From Patellaria atrata CBS 101060 (Eukaryota), in NCBI GenBank assembly GCA_010093705.1, contig MU006095.1:186001-250000 (forward strand): DNA of 64,000 nucleotides, read 5' to 3'. The notes under the pieces are model-generated. The model ran no database searches, had not been told where the DNA came from, and was given only the letters and a program-made list of their open reading frames with translations. Positions 38,731 to 52,334 of this stretch are shown here, piece after piece (position 1 is the stretch's first letter; each line of letters begins with the position of its first letter). A program made the position numbers and the translations under genes.

Positions 38731-40984
38731 TGGACGTAGCATAGATGACCTCATAATGCGTCGTTATTTGAATACAGCCCCAGTATGGCGTCGCTCATGG
38801 AACGTGATAAGAGATAGAGAGGAGCTCTTTCAGAAGTATAATTTCAACTCTGATCAAATATCAAAGAAAATTGTAGTCACTGGCAAGAATCGCAGGGTAC
38901 TCCAGAATCTGTCCTCACCGCATCTACAACAGAATGAACGGGCAAGGGGGAGATGTCGTTACTGCACTGCTAACGCTCAGTGCGTTCCGGTTGAACATCT
39001 CCACGCTAGGTATCCCACGTATCACCTCTACATTTGGTCTAATTGTGGTAATATCCACTCAAGACTTCGAGATTAGAACACTCCTAAGTGCATAGTTCAT
39101 GGAGAGAACAAACCAGTAATGCTTCTAGAAGGAATTCATGGTGCTGGTGGGTTGAAATGGATTGAATCGAGCCCTGATCTAGGTTTAATCCACTCTACAG
39201 AATCCCCATAGAACTAAACGTTTGGAAATTGGCATTAAAACATGGGAAATACGTACCACAGGCGCTATCTACTCCTTTGGGTGTAATTTTTTTTTAACCC
39301 TGTAGAGCGAATGGTTCAAGAATATACAGCCTTCTATGAAGTTCTACGCTGACCGACTTGAGTCCTTATGCAGTCACAGTGTTACTCCCATAACGTACAA
39401 TAAGTCCTGTTTCTATTCTTTGACTCTCATCACGAGTTGTGCGGACTTGCCTTGTGCGTTCGATCCTTTTCTTTCTTCAAGTAACACTGCTCTGTGCTGC
39501 CAGATGTTTCTAGTCTTTATTTCTCCAAGTTCGTACAGAAAGGGAACATATAGGGCGGGCATGTCGAGGTTCTGTAGGACTCCAACCACTCTACTGCGTT
39601 GTCTCTAGAGACGATATCAAGAGCCAGGTAGAGCATTCGATAACTGACAGAATGGTATCAGGAATCTATCCAGCCAATATTCAACGCTAGAAGTTGCGCG
39701 ATAACTTCAGTTTCAAGGCGTCCTACTTCCATCAATATTGATGCACTTAACGTATCTCTGCTACAGTGCTGCTATTGGCGCGGAGAGGTGGTCCAGTTCT
39801 AGGACTATTGTCCGATTTGAAACTCTCTCACGATTGTTGTGATTGTGGTATTCACTGTGCATTCGAAGTGCATGAGTGTATTATCGTATCTGTGCTCCAG
39901 AGGTCTCAAGATCGTGTCTTCATGACTGAGATTTTGTTGCACACGGCGCGCGAGCCCAAGCCTTTCTCAGGAGAACCCCACGCAACGTGGCGCAAGCGGA
40001 AAATCTGTTTCGTCGACCAATGTCGTGCAGCAAACTTTGATTTCACATCACGACTCCAATTCATACATTCTCGTCCGGTCACCTTCCATTTTCAAAGGCA
40101 TCATTCTTCCGTGTGGGTAGAGAGATGCAGATGTTCATAGGGTCGTGTCGATATTGCAGAAGTCGAACCCCCTTTGATGGGTTGGTGTGGCTGCACGATG
40201 CTATTGGATTGGATATGACCGATGCTAAGGGAACTATTGAAATAGTCCGACCAACAAGGCCTATCCTAACGCATGAAGTAACTAACGGACTGACCTTCCA
40301 ATACTAGATCCCTTGATCACAGGCTCTTTAGCAAGAATACCGGGTACGGTACTTGTTGCCACTGAATTTCCTTTCGAAGGCTGAGAGGAGGAGGTAAAAT
40401 TGAAGCAAAGCCATTAAGATGAAGAGAATGGAAAGAATCATGAGATGTCAATGTTCTTCAAGAATGATTCATCTATATCTTTTACTACTAGAAGAATAGG
40501 TAGACGAGATCAGCACAACCTTAAACTGACAGCAGCGGTAGCATCTTGTCAGAATCTCCACTATACCCCTCGGCTGTCCTGATCGTCAAACCTCGCGTGC
40601 GACCCCTAGAGCCGCCACGATATATATATGCCATCCCGGAATTACAACCGTAACGACAATCCCCTTGTTTAGTTGCCCTGTTCCTGCATCGTCTCGTCAA
40701 CGGCGCATGCCACTCCTTTGCCCGCGTGACGAATCACAGTCTTGTTTCTCAAACGGATGTTCTCGAGACCTGGTTTGTTCCTTGTACATCTGCTAGAAAT
40801 GAGATCGTGAACGCCGAGTGCGAATAGCATGGAGATATTTTGCCATGCCCCGACGTTCACATGGGAAGTGTACTCCGAGGGGTAGAGAGGATGCGTCGAG
40901 TATAAATGAGAGACTCCCGCAGTGGGATGATTTTGTGATCTGTCCCGGTACAGCTTTTGTCTCTTTTCCGTTTCTGCCTTCACT

Positions 40985-42242
40985 ATGGTTTCTAATACCT
41001 TCTTACGCTCGCTTAGTGTACTGGCAGCTATTGTCAGTACAAGTCTTTTTGATTCCGTAAATGCGGCACCGGTGGTTGAGAAGAGAGTTCCAGCTGGTGT
41101 ACCGGATTATGTCGTGAAATATGGTAGGTCTCCATATTCTCATATTCTGGTCTACTCTCATTCCATGCATTTTGAGACTTTGCAAGTCAAGTTCACAGGA
41201 AAAGGATGATCCAACACCCGAACTTGGGATACCTTCCTAACTGTCTCCTCTATAGCACCTCTCGTCCACCTCCACAGCGCCGACCCTTTCTTTCCGTCCT
41301 CCCCCGCAACACATCTCACGCACAGCGTCCCTCAGATCAACTTCACCACCATTCCATCCTACCCACAGCCTCTGACTCTCTCTAACCTCAACGCCCTAAA
41401 CAACCTCGGCGGTGACCAAATCTACCTCACCTCCACCGACGATCCCACCGTCGGCCCAGCATGGATCAAGGGCGAGAGACCAGACGCAGCCGGGAAGACG
41501 CAGAGCGTAACGAGTGTAGTCATCATCAACGACAAGGGGAACGGCGACCTAGACGCCTTCTACATGTACTTCTACAGCTGGAACTGGGGCGGCATCGTCG
41601 AACTCATCAACCAAAACCTCGGAAACCACGTCGGAGACTGGTACGTCCGCTACCTCCCCCTCTCCCCCTCCCACTGACTTCCGGGTGAACGACCATACTA
41701 ACTCAGACGTACGCAGGGAACACAATATGGTGCGTTTCAAGAACGGAGTCCCCCAATGGATTTGGTACAGCCAACACGCGAACGGCCAGTGCTTCGCCTA
41801 CAATGCAGTACAAAAGAGCGGCATCCGACCCCTCGCCTTCTCCGCCAACGGAAGCCACGCCCACTACGCGCTCCCCGGGCCACACGACCACACGATCCCC
41901 AACCTGAACCTGCCACTTCCGAACGGCGTGCTCGTCGACCACACGGACGCTGGGCCGTTGTACGACCCTATCCCCTCGAGTTACTACTACACCTATAACC
42001 CCGCCAGCGACTCCTTTACCGGGTTTGATGGCGCGCCGACGGCGTTTTTGGAGTTCGTGGGTAAGTGGGGCGATAAGGAATATCCGAAAACCGACAAGCG
42101 ACAGAAGGATTTTTTCGGGTTCAAGAAATATGGCGGTGGACCGACAGGGCCGAGGGATAAGCAGTTGAATAGGAAAGATTGTTGTCCCGATAATGGGAAT
42201 CTTTGTATTCAGCGCAGGATTCTGGTGCCGAGGGATAGTTAG
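40985..42242 (+). CDS. Vps62/DUF946-like protein with signal peptide; 2 introns
   Basis: Signal peptide, VPDYVVKY|APLVHLHS, DAFYMYFYSWNWG, GNHVGDW|EHNMVRF, YSQH, ANGSHA, GKWGD, GPTGP. Confidence 0.88.
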
Positions 42243-42972
42243 TTGTAGGTTTTTGCTGGCGTCACGGGAGTTTTGATCGAATTATACTTTTGGAATGAGT
42301 GTAGGGGTTATGGACTCGTGTTATTAGTGTCCTTCACACATCTTTTATCCTCACGTTGCCCAAACCCGTGTACTGTATTTCTTCTCCCGCCCCGCGGTGG
42401 ACTCTGCTAGTCTATCGTATCGTACCGTACGATCCGCTCATGTTAGAACTTTGGTTTTGACTGTACCTCCCACACGTAAATGTCAACGTGTATCAACTTA
42501 TTAATGACCTCAGCCGCCTGGATTCCTGCTTGGCGAACTAACTGAGATGTCGGGCCCGACGGCATATCCGGAGTATATCTCCTTTGTACGGCGGCGTCCA
42601 AAGGGAAAGTCTGTTACAGCTTGTGACGAGTCAAATTGAGAGTATGGTTGCAGTTGTTTTCCAACTCCGAATTTTCGACTTGCCGTGTGCCGAAAAGTCG
42701 GAGCCGAGGGTATGGTTCCACAGGTCCGGTATGTATAGGTCCTGTGCTGGAAAGAGAAGTTCACGTCACTTCTGTATAGTAAGGTCATATCCTGCGAATA
42801 CTGAGTACGTGTGTCGATGATAGCATTAGCGCACATCATACCCTACAATGATAACAAAACACATTCACCCTGGTATTAGTATCGCCCGACCAACTTTACG
42901 CATATCCCCAACTCCCCGCTCAATCTCTGATGTAGTCAGTTCCACAGCATCAAGCCCACCTTCACCTTCACG

Positions 42973-44720
42973 ATGGCGTCCCTGTCAGCGGCGAGCTAAC
43001 CATTCCCCCGCAAGGGATTCAATTTCCCCACATCGTAACTGAGCCCAACATGATCCTCATAATTACACAACTCGTCGCTGGCTCCGAAATGACAAGGACG
43101 AGATAGAAATGCGGTATATCGGAGTCGACTTTACCGCCCTTTGTCGGAGGATTCTTGAGCTATGCATAGGAGCCGAGTCGATTGCAAGTTACGAGAAGAT
43201 AGAAGGGGGTCTTCAATCGAGCCTTCATCTCCACTTGGAATAATGTCAGATATAAGCCTTACTGCCAAACTCGGCATTAAGGTCGGCCTTTTGCCGTAGT
43301 GGTATAATCTCACAAATAATGGTAAACGTATCGTGGAAAGACTTCAATTTACGCCCGCGGAGCTGGCGAGGCTCGTCACTGCTTCTGAAATGGCTACGAT
43401 TAAGTACCATGAGTTCGTATAGCGGAATGCACGGTAACGAACGAACTCTTCGTTACTTTTCAATCACATAGTACAAGCTAAGACCACACTTCCTATACCA
43501 TCAATTCTTGACTGGAGCAATGATCCCAAAAGTTCCATCAAGAGTGAATACATCGTTATGGAACACCCCCAGGGTGTTCGGTTACACGAAAAATGGCCCG
43601 ATATGGCTGGTGATCAGAAAGTCAAATGGATAGCCGCCCTATATGAGACTGTCAAAGAGTTGGTAGACCTTGAATATGCTGCGTATGGGAGTCTGTACTT
43701 CCTTGATAGTCTTCGGCACTCAGGTTTGAAATACGAACCACTGGATGCAAATTTCTGTATAGGGCCTCACTGTGGAACTCAATATTGGGATTGCAATACC
43801 AGTGAACTAAGGTTTTATTATAACACGGAGCCTAACTGAGGAACATGTTGGTTGTCAAAATCCCTTGTCCCTTTTATCAGCGTTCTATTACTAGCTAGAG
43901 ACCAATCTCGACGAGTATAGTGACAGGCTTATAGATGCTTCTCTTGCGAGGATTGCACCAACCGACGCTGAACTCAACAAGCGACCGTCATATCATGGCT
44001 CTGTCCAAGTACACCTTGACGTCTTAAGACGCGCTCGCTCTGTGCTCAAGACACTATGTGCAGATCCTCGGATCCAGGCTGCTGCAACTCCAGTCTTGTT
44101 CCACCCCGACCTGCACAAAAGAAACGTATTTGTCTCGGAAAACAATCCTGTTATCATCATAGCTATCATCGATTGGCAATCCACTAGCATGGAGCTCGCC
44201 TTCTGGTACGCCGACGACGTCCCCGATTTCGCGGCCGAGCACGAGATCTATACTAAAACCTCTGCTCTCTGTTCCTAGTACCGCCACCCCAAACTCTCTC
44301 GCCCTAGGTCGATGGACGAAAACCTTTTCCGGCCGTTCCGCTACAGCCCAAGAACATGGAAAGACGGCATCGTAGCACTCCGCCACGAACTGATCGAAAC
44401 GTCCCGCAGTTGCGAAAATCTAGGGCTTGACGGAACAAACCCATCCGTGCTACATCCTGCAGAAGAGCTAGCGCGTCATAAAAAGGAGTACGAGCTCTTT
44501 GTAGCTGCGCAGAAATTGAGAGGGGAACTAACCCAGACCCTCAATTCCGCAGATGATGGATGGGTTGGCGGTAGAGGACTGGGAGGCGACTAAATCACTT
44601 CACAGAGACGTGTTCGACAGTGCTTTGGATAGTATCTTGACGAATGGGGATCAGGAGGATGTGGAGAGAGTAAAGGGCGAAGAGGTTTTAAGGGCGGTTT
44701 GGCCGTTTGATCTTGAATAG
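42973..44720 (+). pseudogene. Aminoglycoside-phosphotransferase-like (APH/AIM9-type) kinase pseudogene
   Basis: YTTRRWL, FNRAFI, SEMATIKY, EYIVME, YGSLYF, LFHPDLHKRNVFV, IIDWQ, WPFDLE*; frameshifts, stops and an insertion. Confidence 0.82.
43244..43314. mobile_element. 71-bp TG...CA insertion with 5-bp target-site duplication (AATAA)
   Basis: AATAA at 43239-43243 and 43315-43319; termini TGTCAGAT / ATCTCACA; removal restores the frame FISTWNNGKRIVERLQF. Confidence 0.72.
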
Positions 44721-45466
44721 CAAGTCCATTGGACAGGTAATAGTCCACTTACGGGCGTTGCGTAGGTGACACTGAACACATCCTACGAAGTTACTTCGAC
44801 GACGTCTTTGTTGGGATGGATACAATAGAACAACCCCAGTCGAAGAGAAGAGGTGGATAGATATCAACCGCTTTATCTCCCAACGGTCAGTACTTTGCGA
44901 CATCGTACGTCCGCTAGAATACGGGCGGGAGATTAGTCGTACGATATTGAGACTTCCACGAGTTGTATTATATCATACCTATGGCCAGAGGGCCTTTGTA
45001 CACTTGCAACGAGCGTGCTGTACAGGAGGGCGGAAGGTGGGTTTTAGGTTAATGGGACAGTACGCGGACAACTGAACGAGAGGGAAGGGATATATATGGG
45101 TTTGTCGGTAGCAAGTAGGTGCGTGCGGATTAGACAGTCCACTGGACCTACAATCAGCCATCAGGATGGTCTGCGTGCCGAATACAGTGAGATCACTTAC
45201 CACTCCACCTAGCGGAATCATCAAGATTCATTCAAGTCTTCAACTTTTGGTGGACGTTCGCGTACGGTACACGTAAAGAGACCTATGCATGCCAGACTGT
45301 GCTGATAGTTGAGACATATATATACGTACTATACAAGCACCTATTTTACAGTCTAAAAGTTCGATCCCGCTAGGCCTCTATGCACCGATGGAGAGATCTA
45401 TCCCAAACCTAGTTTGACATCAAATGCAGTATGGTAGAGTAGTCCGGATTTCCCAGGAAATATTCA

Positions 45467-47544
45467 TCACCCCTCAAATACCCCATGTTGCAGCTCCACC
45501 CCAAAATCCTTCGCCATCTTCCTCATCTGGCCTTCAATCTCATCCTCCATGCCACCGCCTAGCCCCAATGCTTGTCTAATCCTCGCCCACCACCACACCA
45601 TATCACTGCCCAACAGCACGGTCTTAAACAAGAGATGCGAGCCCAAATTTCTCAACCTCTCCGCGAACCCCAATTCCTTAGCCTCCACCAAAGCCCTACT
45701 GGCCCATGTTCCCGTGATCTTAATCCGGTTGACGGGCGAGCCGAGGAACTGGTTGTTCCCCTGCACGATGCGCAAGTTGCGCCCGATGAAGATGAGCTCA
45801 CGCGGCCATTTGGACTCGTCGCCGAGCATCTCGCGCACCATTTTGCGCATCTTGAGCTGCATTTCGTAGGCGCGTTCCTGTTCATCTTTGCCCTCGAGAC
45901 CCCTTCTCAGGCCTTCTTCCATGGTATGATCGCCTCCCTTATACGGCCGCAATAGCGTCGCGCTCGCGAAGATATCGGGGCTATTGACGCCCCAGCTAGA
46001 CACTATCTCCTTGATAGTCTTATTGTCAAACGTCAATAAAGACTTCCAGAAGAGCGCGTACTGCCGCCTGAACGTGGGGTCCATGGAGATATACAACCCA
46101 TGGTCTATGAGAACGAGCTCGGGCCTTCCAGAGGGGAGACGGCGGATAAAGATATTCCCTGGGTGTGGGTCGCAGTGCACGAGGCCCCAGAGGAACATTT
46201 GGGCGGAGAAGAGGTCGACCATTGTCGTCATGACGGCCTTGAGACTTAAGCCTAGGCCCCCTTGCCCATCTTTCCCCTTCCACCCGATCCGAGCCGGCTT
46301 GAGTTCCTCTCGGTCCGGGTCATTAGACGGGATACGCCGAATAGCCGCGGCGTCGGGAGGCCCGAGTGGTGTGCCGTTGCAACCGGGGCTGCCACGCGCC
46401 CATCCACCCTGCCAGGGAGCAGTGATACCTTCCTTATCCCAGAGGCGGACGCCTTCGATCCATTCAGCAGTCATGACACGCCTGGAGGAAAGCTCAGGGT
46501 AAACGGTTGGGACGTAGACGCGGCCGCGAAGACGAGGCTCGCCTTGGACGAAGGCTCGCATTTGGGACGCATTGTTCGCTTCGTTCACAAAGTCGGTCTC
46601 GAGCATAAGACGCTCTGTAACATAAGGAACGAGAGTATACATGGGGATGTCGAACCAGTAGGAATAAATGCGAGCAACGACTCTACAGGGGTCCAATTAG
46701 TCTCGCTGAATTTAGTAAGAATAAGGCATACCACTTACTTGAAGGCCCACAAGTCCCACCCTACTTGTTGTGCTATCTCCTTCTTCTGAATCTTGATAGC
46801 GACCTCCCTCCCATCCCCCAATCTCGCCCAATGCACCTGCGCCACACTCGCACTCGCTCTAGCAGTCCTCTCCATGACCCCCTTCCCCCCTTCCTCTCTG
46901 AAACTAATCCCAAACACCTCTTCCGGGCTCTTCCCGAAGTCCTCCCTGATGACCTCCTCCACATCCTCCCACGCATTCTGCGGCGCATCATCGAACATCT
47001 TGCTAAACATTTTCTGAAATTCTGGCGGGAGAACCGCACTCTGCATCGCAATCGCCTGTCCAATCTTCAAGTACAACCCCCCATTATCCCGCAGCAGATG
47101 GAACACGCGCTCCGCGTTCCGTCTATGCACATGCTCGATGCTATCCGCGAACAGCGGATGTGCCCGAAAGTTGAGCTTGTAGTCCAGTCCGATGATGAGG
47201 CCCGTTTTGAACGTGCGTACGCTGCGCGTTACGGCGGAGTAGTTGTAACGCGTATCTACAAACCATGTCGCCGTTCCCAACAGCGACACCCAGAAGATCC
47301 GACGTATCCATTTGCGTCTGTGTAAAGGTTTGTAAGGTTTCCTCGGTTTAGGTTTCGGTAGGTCGGCCGGATTAGGAGGTTTAAGGGGCGAGAAACGCTC
47401 GGTCTGGTACGTACGAGCGTGCGGAAGTCCACTTCTGGATCCCTGGCATGTTCTTGATGGAGCGGGGAGTGGATGGTAACTAGGGCGGGAGCATGGTATA
47501 GAACGGGAAAGGGCTTTGCCTGCTAGAGGCCAGCCGCTGGTCAT
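45467..47544 (-). CDS. ABC1/UbiB/ADCK atypical kinase (ADCK1/Mcp2-like), probably mitochondrial; one intron
   Basis: NGGLYLKIGQ (KxGQ), ASASVAQVH, VAIKIQ, ETDFVNEA, MTAEWIEG, HCDPHPGN, LIDHG. Confidence 0.93.
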
Positions 47545-47824
47545 TATCGCGGCGGTTTATAAGTCATAAAGAGCATGAGGATTGGAATGCTCGGATATTT
47601 GAAGGGAAAGAAAATCAGCAAAATTAAGATCACGGCCATGTCTCGTTATCTTAACGCCGAGCGGCGGGATATGCACGAATCATTTAAGCGGGGGAAACTG
47701 GTGGAGCGGAATCCCTTGGCTGGCATACCTTCCTTCCGCGTAATCGCGTCACGGAGAATTAAAGTTTGCAGAAGGAGGGTAATAGTGTTTGAAATTGGTA
47801 TTTCATCTGCTCAATAAACAACAA

Positions 47825-49757
47825 CTATGAATGATTCTTCCCTTGACCATCAATACTTATTACTGCAGCATCATCACCTTGCCCCATCATCCTAATGCAA
47901 CGATTCACAAACACCATTATCATTAGCATTACCACCCACGGTACAACCAGTCTCCACAACGGACCGGCAATAACCCTATCAATCTTCTTCCCCGTTTTCT
48001 TCGTCTTGAACCCTCCTTTACTCCAAGGTACCTCCATCCTATAATCCTTCAATATTTGTTCCGCAACGATCTTGCTACCGGCTAGAACAATTGGAACGCC
48101 AGTCCCCGGATGTGTGCTCGCACCCACGAAGTACAGGCTGTCGATGCTAGTGTGCTTTGTTTTCGGTCGGAAGGAAAGGACATTGAAGAAGCTATGGCTC
48201 AAGCCTAAGATGGCCCCTTTGTCGAGATTGAATCTCTCCTTCCAGGTGAACGGGGTGTTCATTGACTCGGTCACAATCATGCCTGACAGATCCACGCCAG
48301 TACGTGCCGCGATGGTTGTCAAGACCTTGCTACGCGCCAGATCAACCATAGCGGACCAATCCTGAGCTCCAGAAACATTATCACGGGTGGTGGAATTAAC
48401 GGTTCCTTTGTGTGTTTCTGAGTCAGAATCCAAGAGATGACCAACGGGAACTAAAACTACAACTGAATCCTTTCCAAGTGGTGCGGCAGAACGGTCTACC
48501 CTTGATGGGACATTGACGTAGAATGACGGCTGCTCTGGTATCAAATGGTGCTTGAATATACTGTCAAAGCTTTCTCGATACTCATCCGCCAAGAAGATAT
48601 TATGTGCAGATAACACAGGGACGGTCCGATCCAACCCCCAGTAGAAGGAGATACTGCTACATGATCCGGCTCGTTTAGACAACGAAGTTGCATATGATGA
48701 TTTTGGCAATAGATTACCGTAAGCATACACCAGGTCAGCATTACATATTACAACGTCCGCTTTCAATTCTTCACCAGTGGTAAGTTTGACACCTCGAGCC
48801 GTAAATCCGTCCGGAGAGAGTAATATAATATCAACTGCAGTGGAAAAGCGAAAATCAACCCCTAATGATTGTCCAATCTTCAGGATCCCGTCAATGACCT
48901 AAGAATATATCAGCGAATGCTCTAGAAACTATTACCATTTAGTATTGCCCAAACCTTATGAAATCCCCCGATAGGATACCATATCCCTTCAGTCAATTCC
49001 GTATACTGTAACAGACTATACGTCCCAGGTGCGTCAAATGGGCTCATGCCCATATACATACTCCCAAATGTGAAAACTCGCCTCAGTCTTTCGGTCCAGA
49101 AATATTTCGACGCCCGGCTGTATATACTCTCAAAAGGATGTAGGTCAATGAGGTGTTTCAGGAATCCAGGCCGTACCATCGATAACAACGAGGTAAAGTT
49201 CTTCCTCAGGACATGAGTTACGCTGTGTTCATAACAGCGATGGGATTCCTGAAGAAAGCCAAGATAGCGCTCGAATCCCTCTTTACCTTCCCATTTTTCG
49301 ATCTCAGTTTTCATCCGAGCAGTATCGGTACTAAGTTGAAATGTCTCGCCATCCCCAAACCACATATTGTAGTTTGGGTCGCATTTCACTAACTGGATAC
49401 CCTCCGCTTCGAGCGACGTGTCAAGGTCTTCATATGCTTCTCTGAAGAGATGCGGGAGGAGAAGTAGAGAAGGACCTTGGTCGAAACGCTATTGATATCG
49501 CATTAGCTGAGAGTCAAGTTTGAAGAATTTCCAAGCCGCTCACGTAGCCATCGCGGTAGATCAAAGAGCATCGACCTCCAGAAAAATCGTTCTTTTCGAC
49601 TACTGTAACTTTGAAGCCTGCTTTAGCGAGACGTGCTGCAGTTGCGATGCCGCCCGCACCAGCTCCTATAATATATCATCAGGACATTTCGGTAAGTATG
49701 GATTGACAGAAAATTACCAATAATCAGAGCAGACTTCTGCCCCGTTTTCTCGCCCAT
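47825..49757 (-). CDS. carB: Phytoene desaturase (carB/al-1); 3 introns
   Basis: SALII|GAGAGGIATAARL, FDQGPSLLL, YMGMSPFDAPGTYSLLQYTE, WYPIGGF, FYVNVPSR, VGASTHPGTGVP, C-terminal hydrophobic helix. Confidence 0.96.
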
Positions 49758-50519
49758 TGCGTCTGAAATAGGTGAAGAGAAAACATTGCACCTCTATAAC
49801 CGAACAAAAGATTTTGGTTGAAAATGTATGACGTGTAGAGTTGAGGTCCGTTCGCACATTAAGGTTAGGTCGGGTTACCTTTAGGGAAACAATGTAGATT
49901 AGGTAAGCAGACTGTTTGTTACAAAGCACTCATGGTTCTACGCTCCACTTTTTCATGCCCAGGTATTTGATTAAAGACTCTTTTATTTCTTCTATAGAAT
50001 TTACATTTAAATCCTGAAGTACCGAGTTAAATCCTACATGGATGCCTCAGCCCCAACCCCAACCCCAACAGCGAGGAACTCAGCAAACAATTTGATAGAA
50101 ATCCACCAAGCAGATAGTTCTACTAGCAAAGAAGAATCTAAGATCCGCTTGAGCCTCCCTTAATGAATGTCCTCGGGAACACCCTTCCCACGACATGTAC
50201 TTTTGTATACTTATAGGAGTTCAGTGAGGTTATAGCACAGGCTCCATGAAGAAGTAAGATGAGGAGAAAATCTTAGGACTTGACTTACCCAAACGTCCTT
50301 CGACACATTGCTGGGGTGTGTATAGGTTATCAGGGACATTCTACATTTTATTCCCGTTGGATGGCACTGAAGTATTCCATTGGAGTTGGACAATCAACGT
50401 ATACCTATACGAAGGGTTTGCGAGACATCATGGGACCCTGTAAGATTCGATAGATAGCTTGATTCCTCTCCAGACGGCTGTGAATACATATTATATACAC
50501 CTAATACTGATACAAAGCG

Positions 50520-51900
50520 CTGTTTCAGGGCTAACAGACCCCAATTTCTCATCTAATATCCTAAGTCCTCTGGGAATCCCGACGGTGAAAGTGGTGGCAC
50601 ACTAAAGTCCGGATTGGAAGGCAAATCATCGATCCGCTAAACAGATTCTTTTAAGGTGAGTCGGCGCCCATATATAGTAAATACTTTTTGTAAATTTATA
50701 CGTTGTCCACTTTTCTTTCCTTTCAAATATAAAAGGAAAAGGAGCGAATATAGTCACCATAGAAGGTGGTTTCAGGTCCATCAATAACAGCGTAGTGACC
50801 GTAAATCCACACATCCTGAGCATCGTGTGAGATTGAGAAGCCGAGGAGCTCACGATGAATCTCCTTTTCACGCTTGACAAGCAGGAAAACCCTCGACGGT
50901 AACCCTTACTGCGAGCGTCATACTATGCGCATTCTGTCGGTCAGTGATATTAAGGGATGTAATGCCGCATACTTCGCATGCGAAAAACGGGAAGTACACG
51001 TAATGTGTAGCCGTAAAGAGGGACTGTTCAAGATCATCACCATTGAAAGGTGTAAACTCCTCGCTCTGCTCCCTCGTAAACGCCTCCCAATTGAATCCGA
51101 CCGAGTAATGGGGCTACGGACAGATTCCAGTCAGAGGGATAGACTTTTTCCAGAGTTCATTGACACTTTCAGTAAGAAGTCGGAGGTGTTTGGCACCATC
51201 CCAAGCTCATCGTACTGGTAGGGACTCGGCAGAAGGGACGATTGACCGAGAGATATCCTGGATAATCTTGGTTGCGTTCCGCTCTAACAGCATGTCACCG
51301 ACGTTCTGGAAGATGTCGTCATCAAAGAGAGATTCCCTAGGAACTGTTTGTTCGGTCTCTAGCAAAGTCCGACAGAAACATTCGCTATCCTCCGACACCC
51401 TTTTCATTTGCTCCCCTATATTCTCGCATGTGACTCGCTTTGGCTCGAGTAACTCCACATAGCACGGACTCATATATGGAACCCTCTTCTCCTCTCTTGG
51501 GCTGAAATAACTAGACGATGCCGAACTCGCCGGAAGAATAGGATTTGAACTCCTACAAAACGAGTTATCCATTCTTGTGATTGTGCCGGGCTTGAAGTAT
51601 TGCTTTGGCCAAATTTGTTTTCTCTACCAATAATCAATGGGGTTGATGGGCACCTCTGCGCCTCCAGGTTGAGTCACGCGATCGGACGGTCTTGCAGTGT
51701 TGAAGTCTCCAGATGCTCCCTGTCGCTTCGCGGGAGGTATTACCGTGATATCGGAGGATGGATCTTCGGTTTCACGAGGTTGCTTCCGATCTTCCGAGCG
51801 CGGAGTACTTGACCGACCCTGTGTTGTAACCTCAGGTTAGCTCGGTCGGTAGAAGGACACCGCGGCGACATACCATTTCCGCAATGTTTCCCTTGCCGTG
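50520..51900 (-). pseudogene. Pseudogene of an uncharacterised fungal family (recalled as DUF7924; putative PD-(D/E)xK-like), copy 1
   Basis: SLFDDD, IIQDISRSIVPSAE, ESVNELW, P*PHYSVGF, YFPFFACEV, DRQNAHSMTLAVR, FSISHD, IYGHY, KEKWTTYKFTK; several disruptions. Confidence 0.8.
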
Positions 51901-52334
51901 AGCGAAAGTAGCTGCCTATATAATCGTGCGTTTCTACGTGGAGGTCTTTGCACTTTCAGTTTTCTGTCACCTTGAGAGGGTTTCCTTACGAAATCAGCGG
52001 AGGGAATTTGTTATGCAGAGAGTGATGATATTTATTTGGGGAAATAGAGGCGCCTTTGTGTCACCAACCAAAACATGGGGTCAACCAGCTTCCGAAATGG
52101 AACCGTAATATGCACAGGTAACTACTCTTGGGCAGTTCCAGGTCAATTATGGAACAGTAAGACACTTCCATTGTGGTTAGCAAGTGATAAGATACTGGAC
52201 AAGCAAACACGGAATGATATAAGGTAGCGGCAATGTAGCAAACATGCATGATTGAGGTGAGAAAATTAGGCCCGTCATAGTTATATCCGCTTAAAGGGTG
52301 TGGTATCACTTTACCACCGGAGAAGCCGCAACCA

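Noticed and set aside
45549..47325. Several plus-strand ORFs of 100-186 aa
   Set aside because: Antisense shadows of the GC-rich ABC1 kinase gene.
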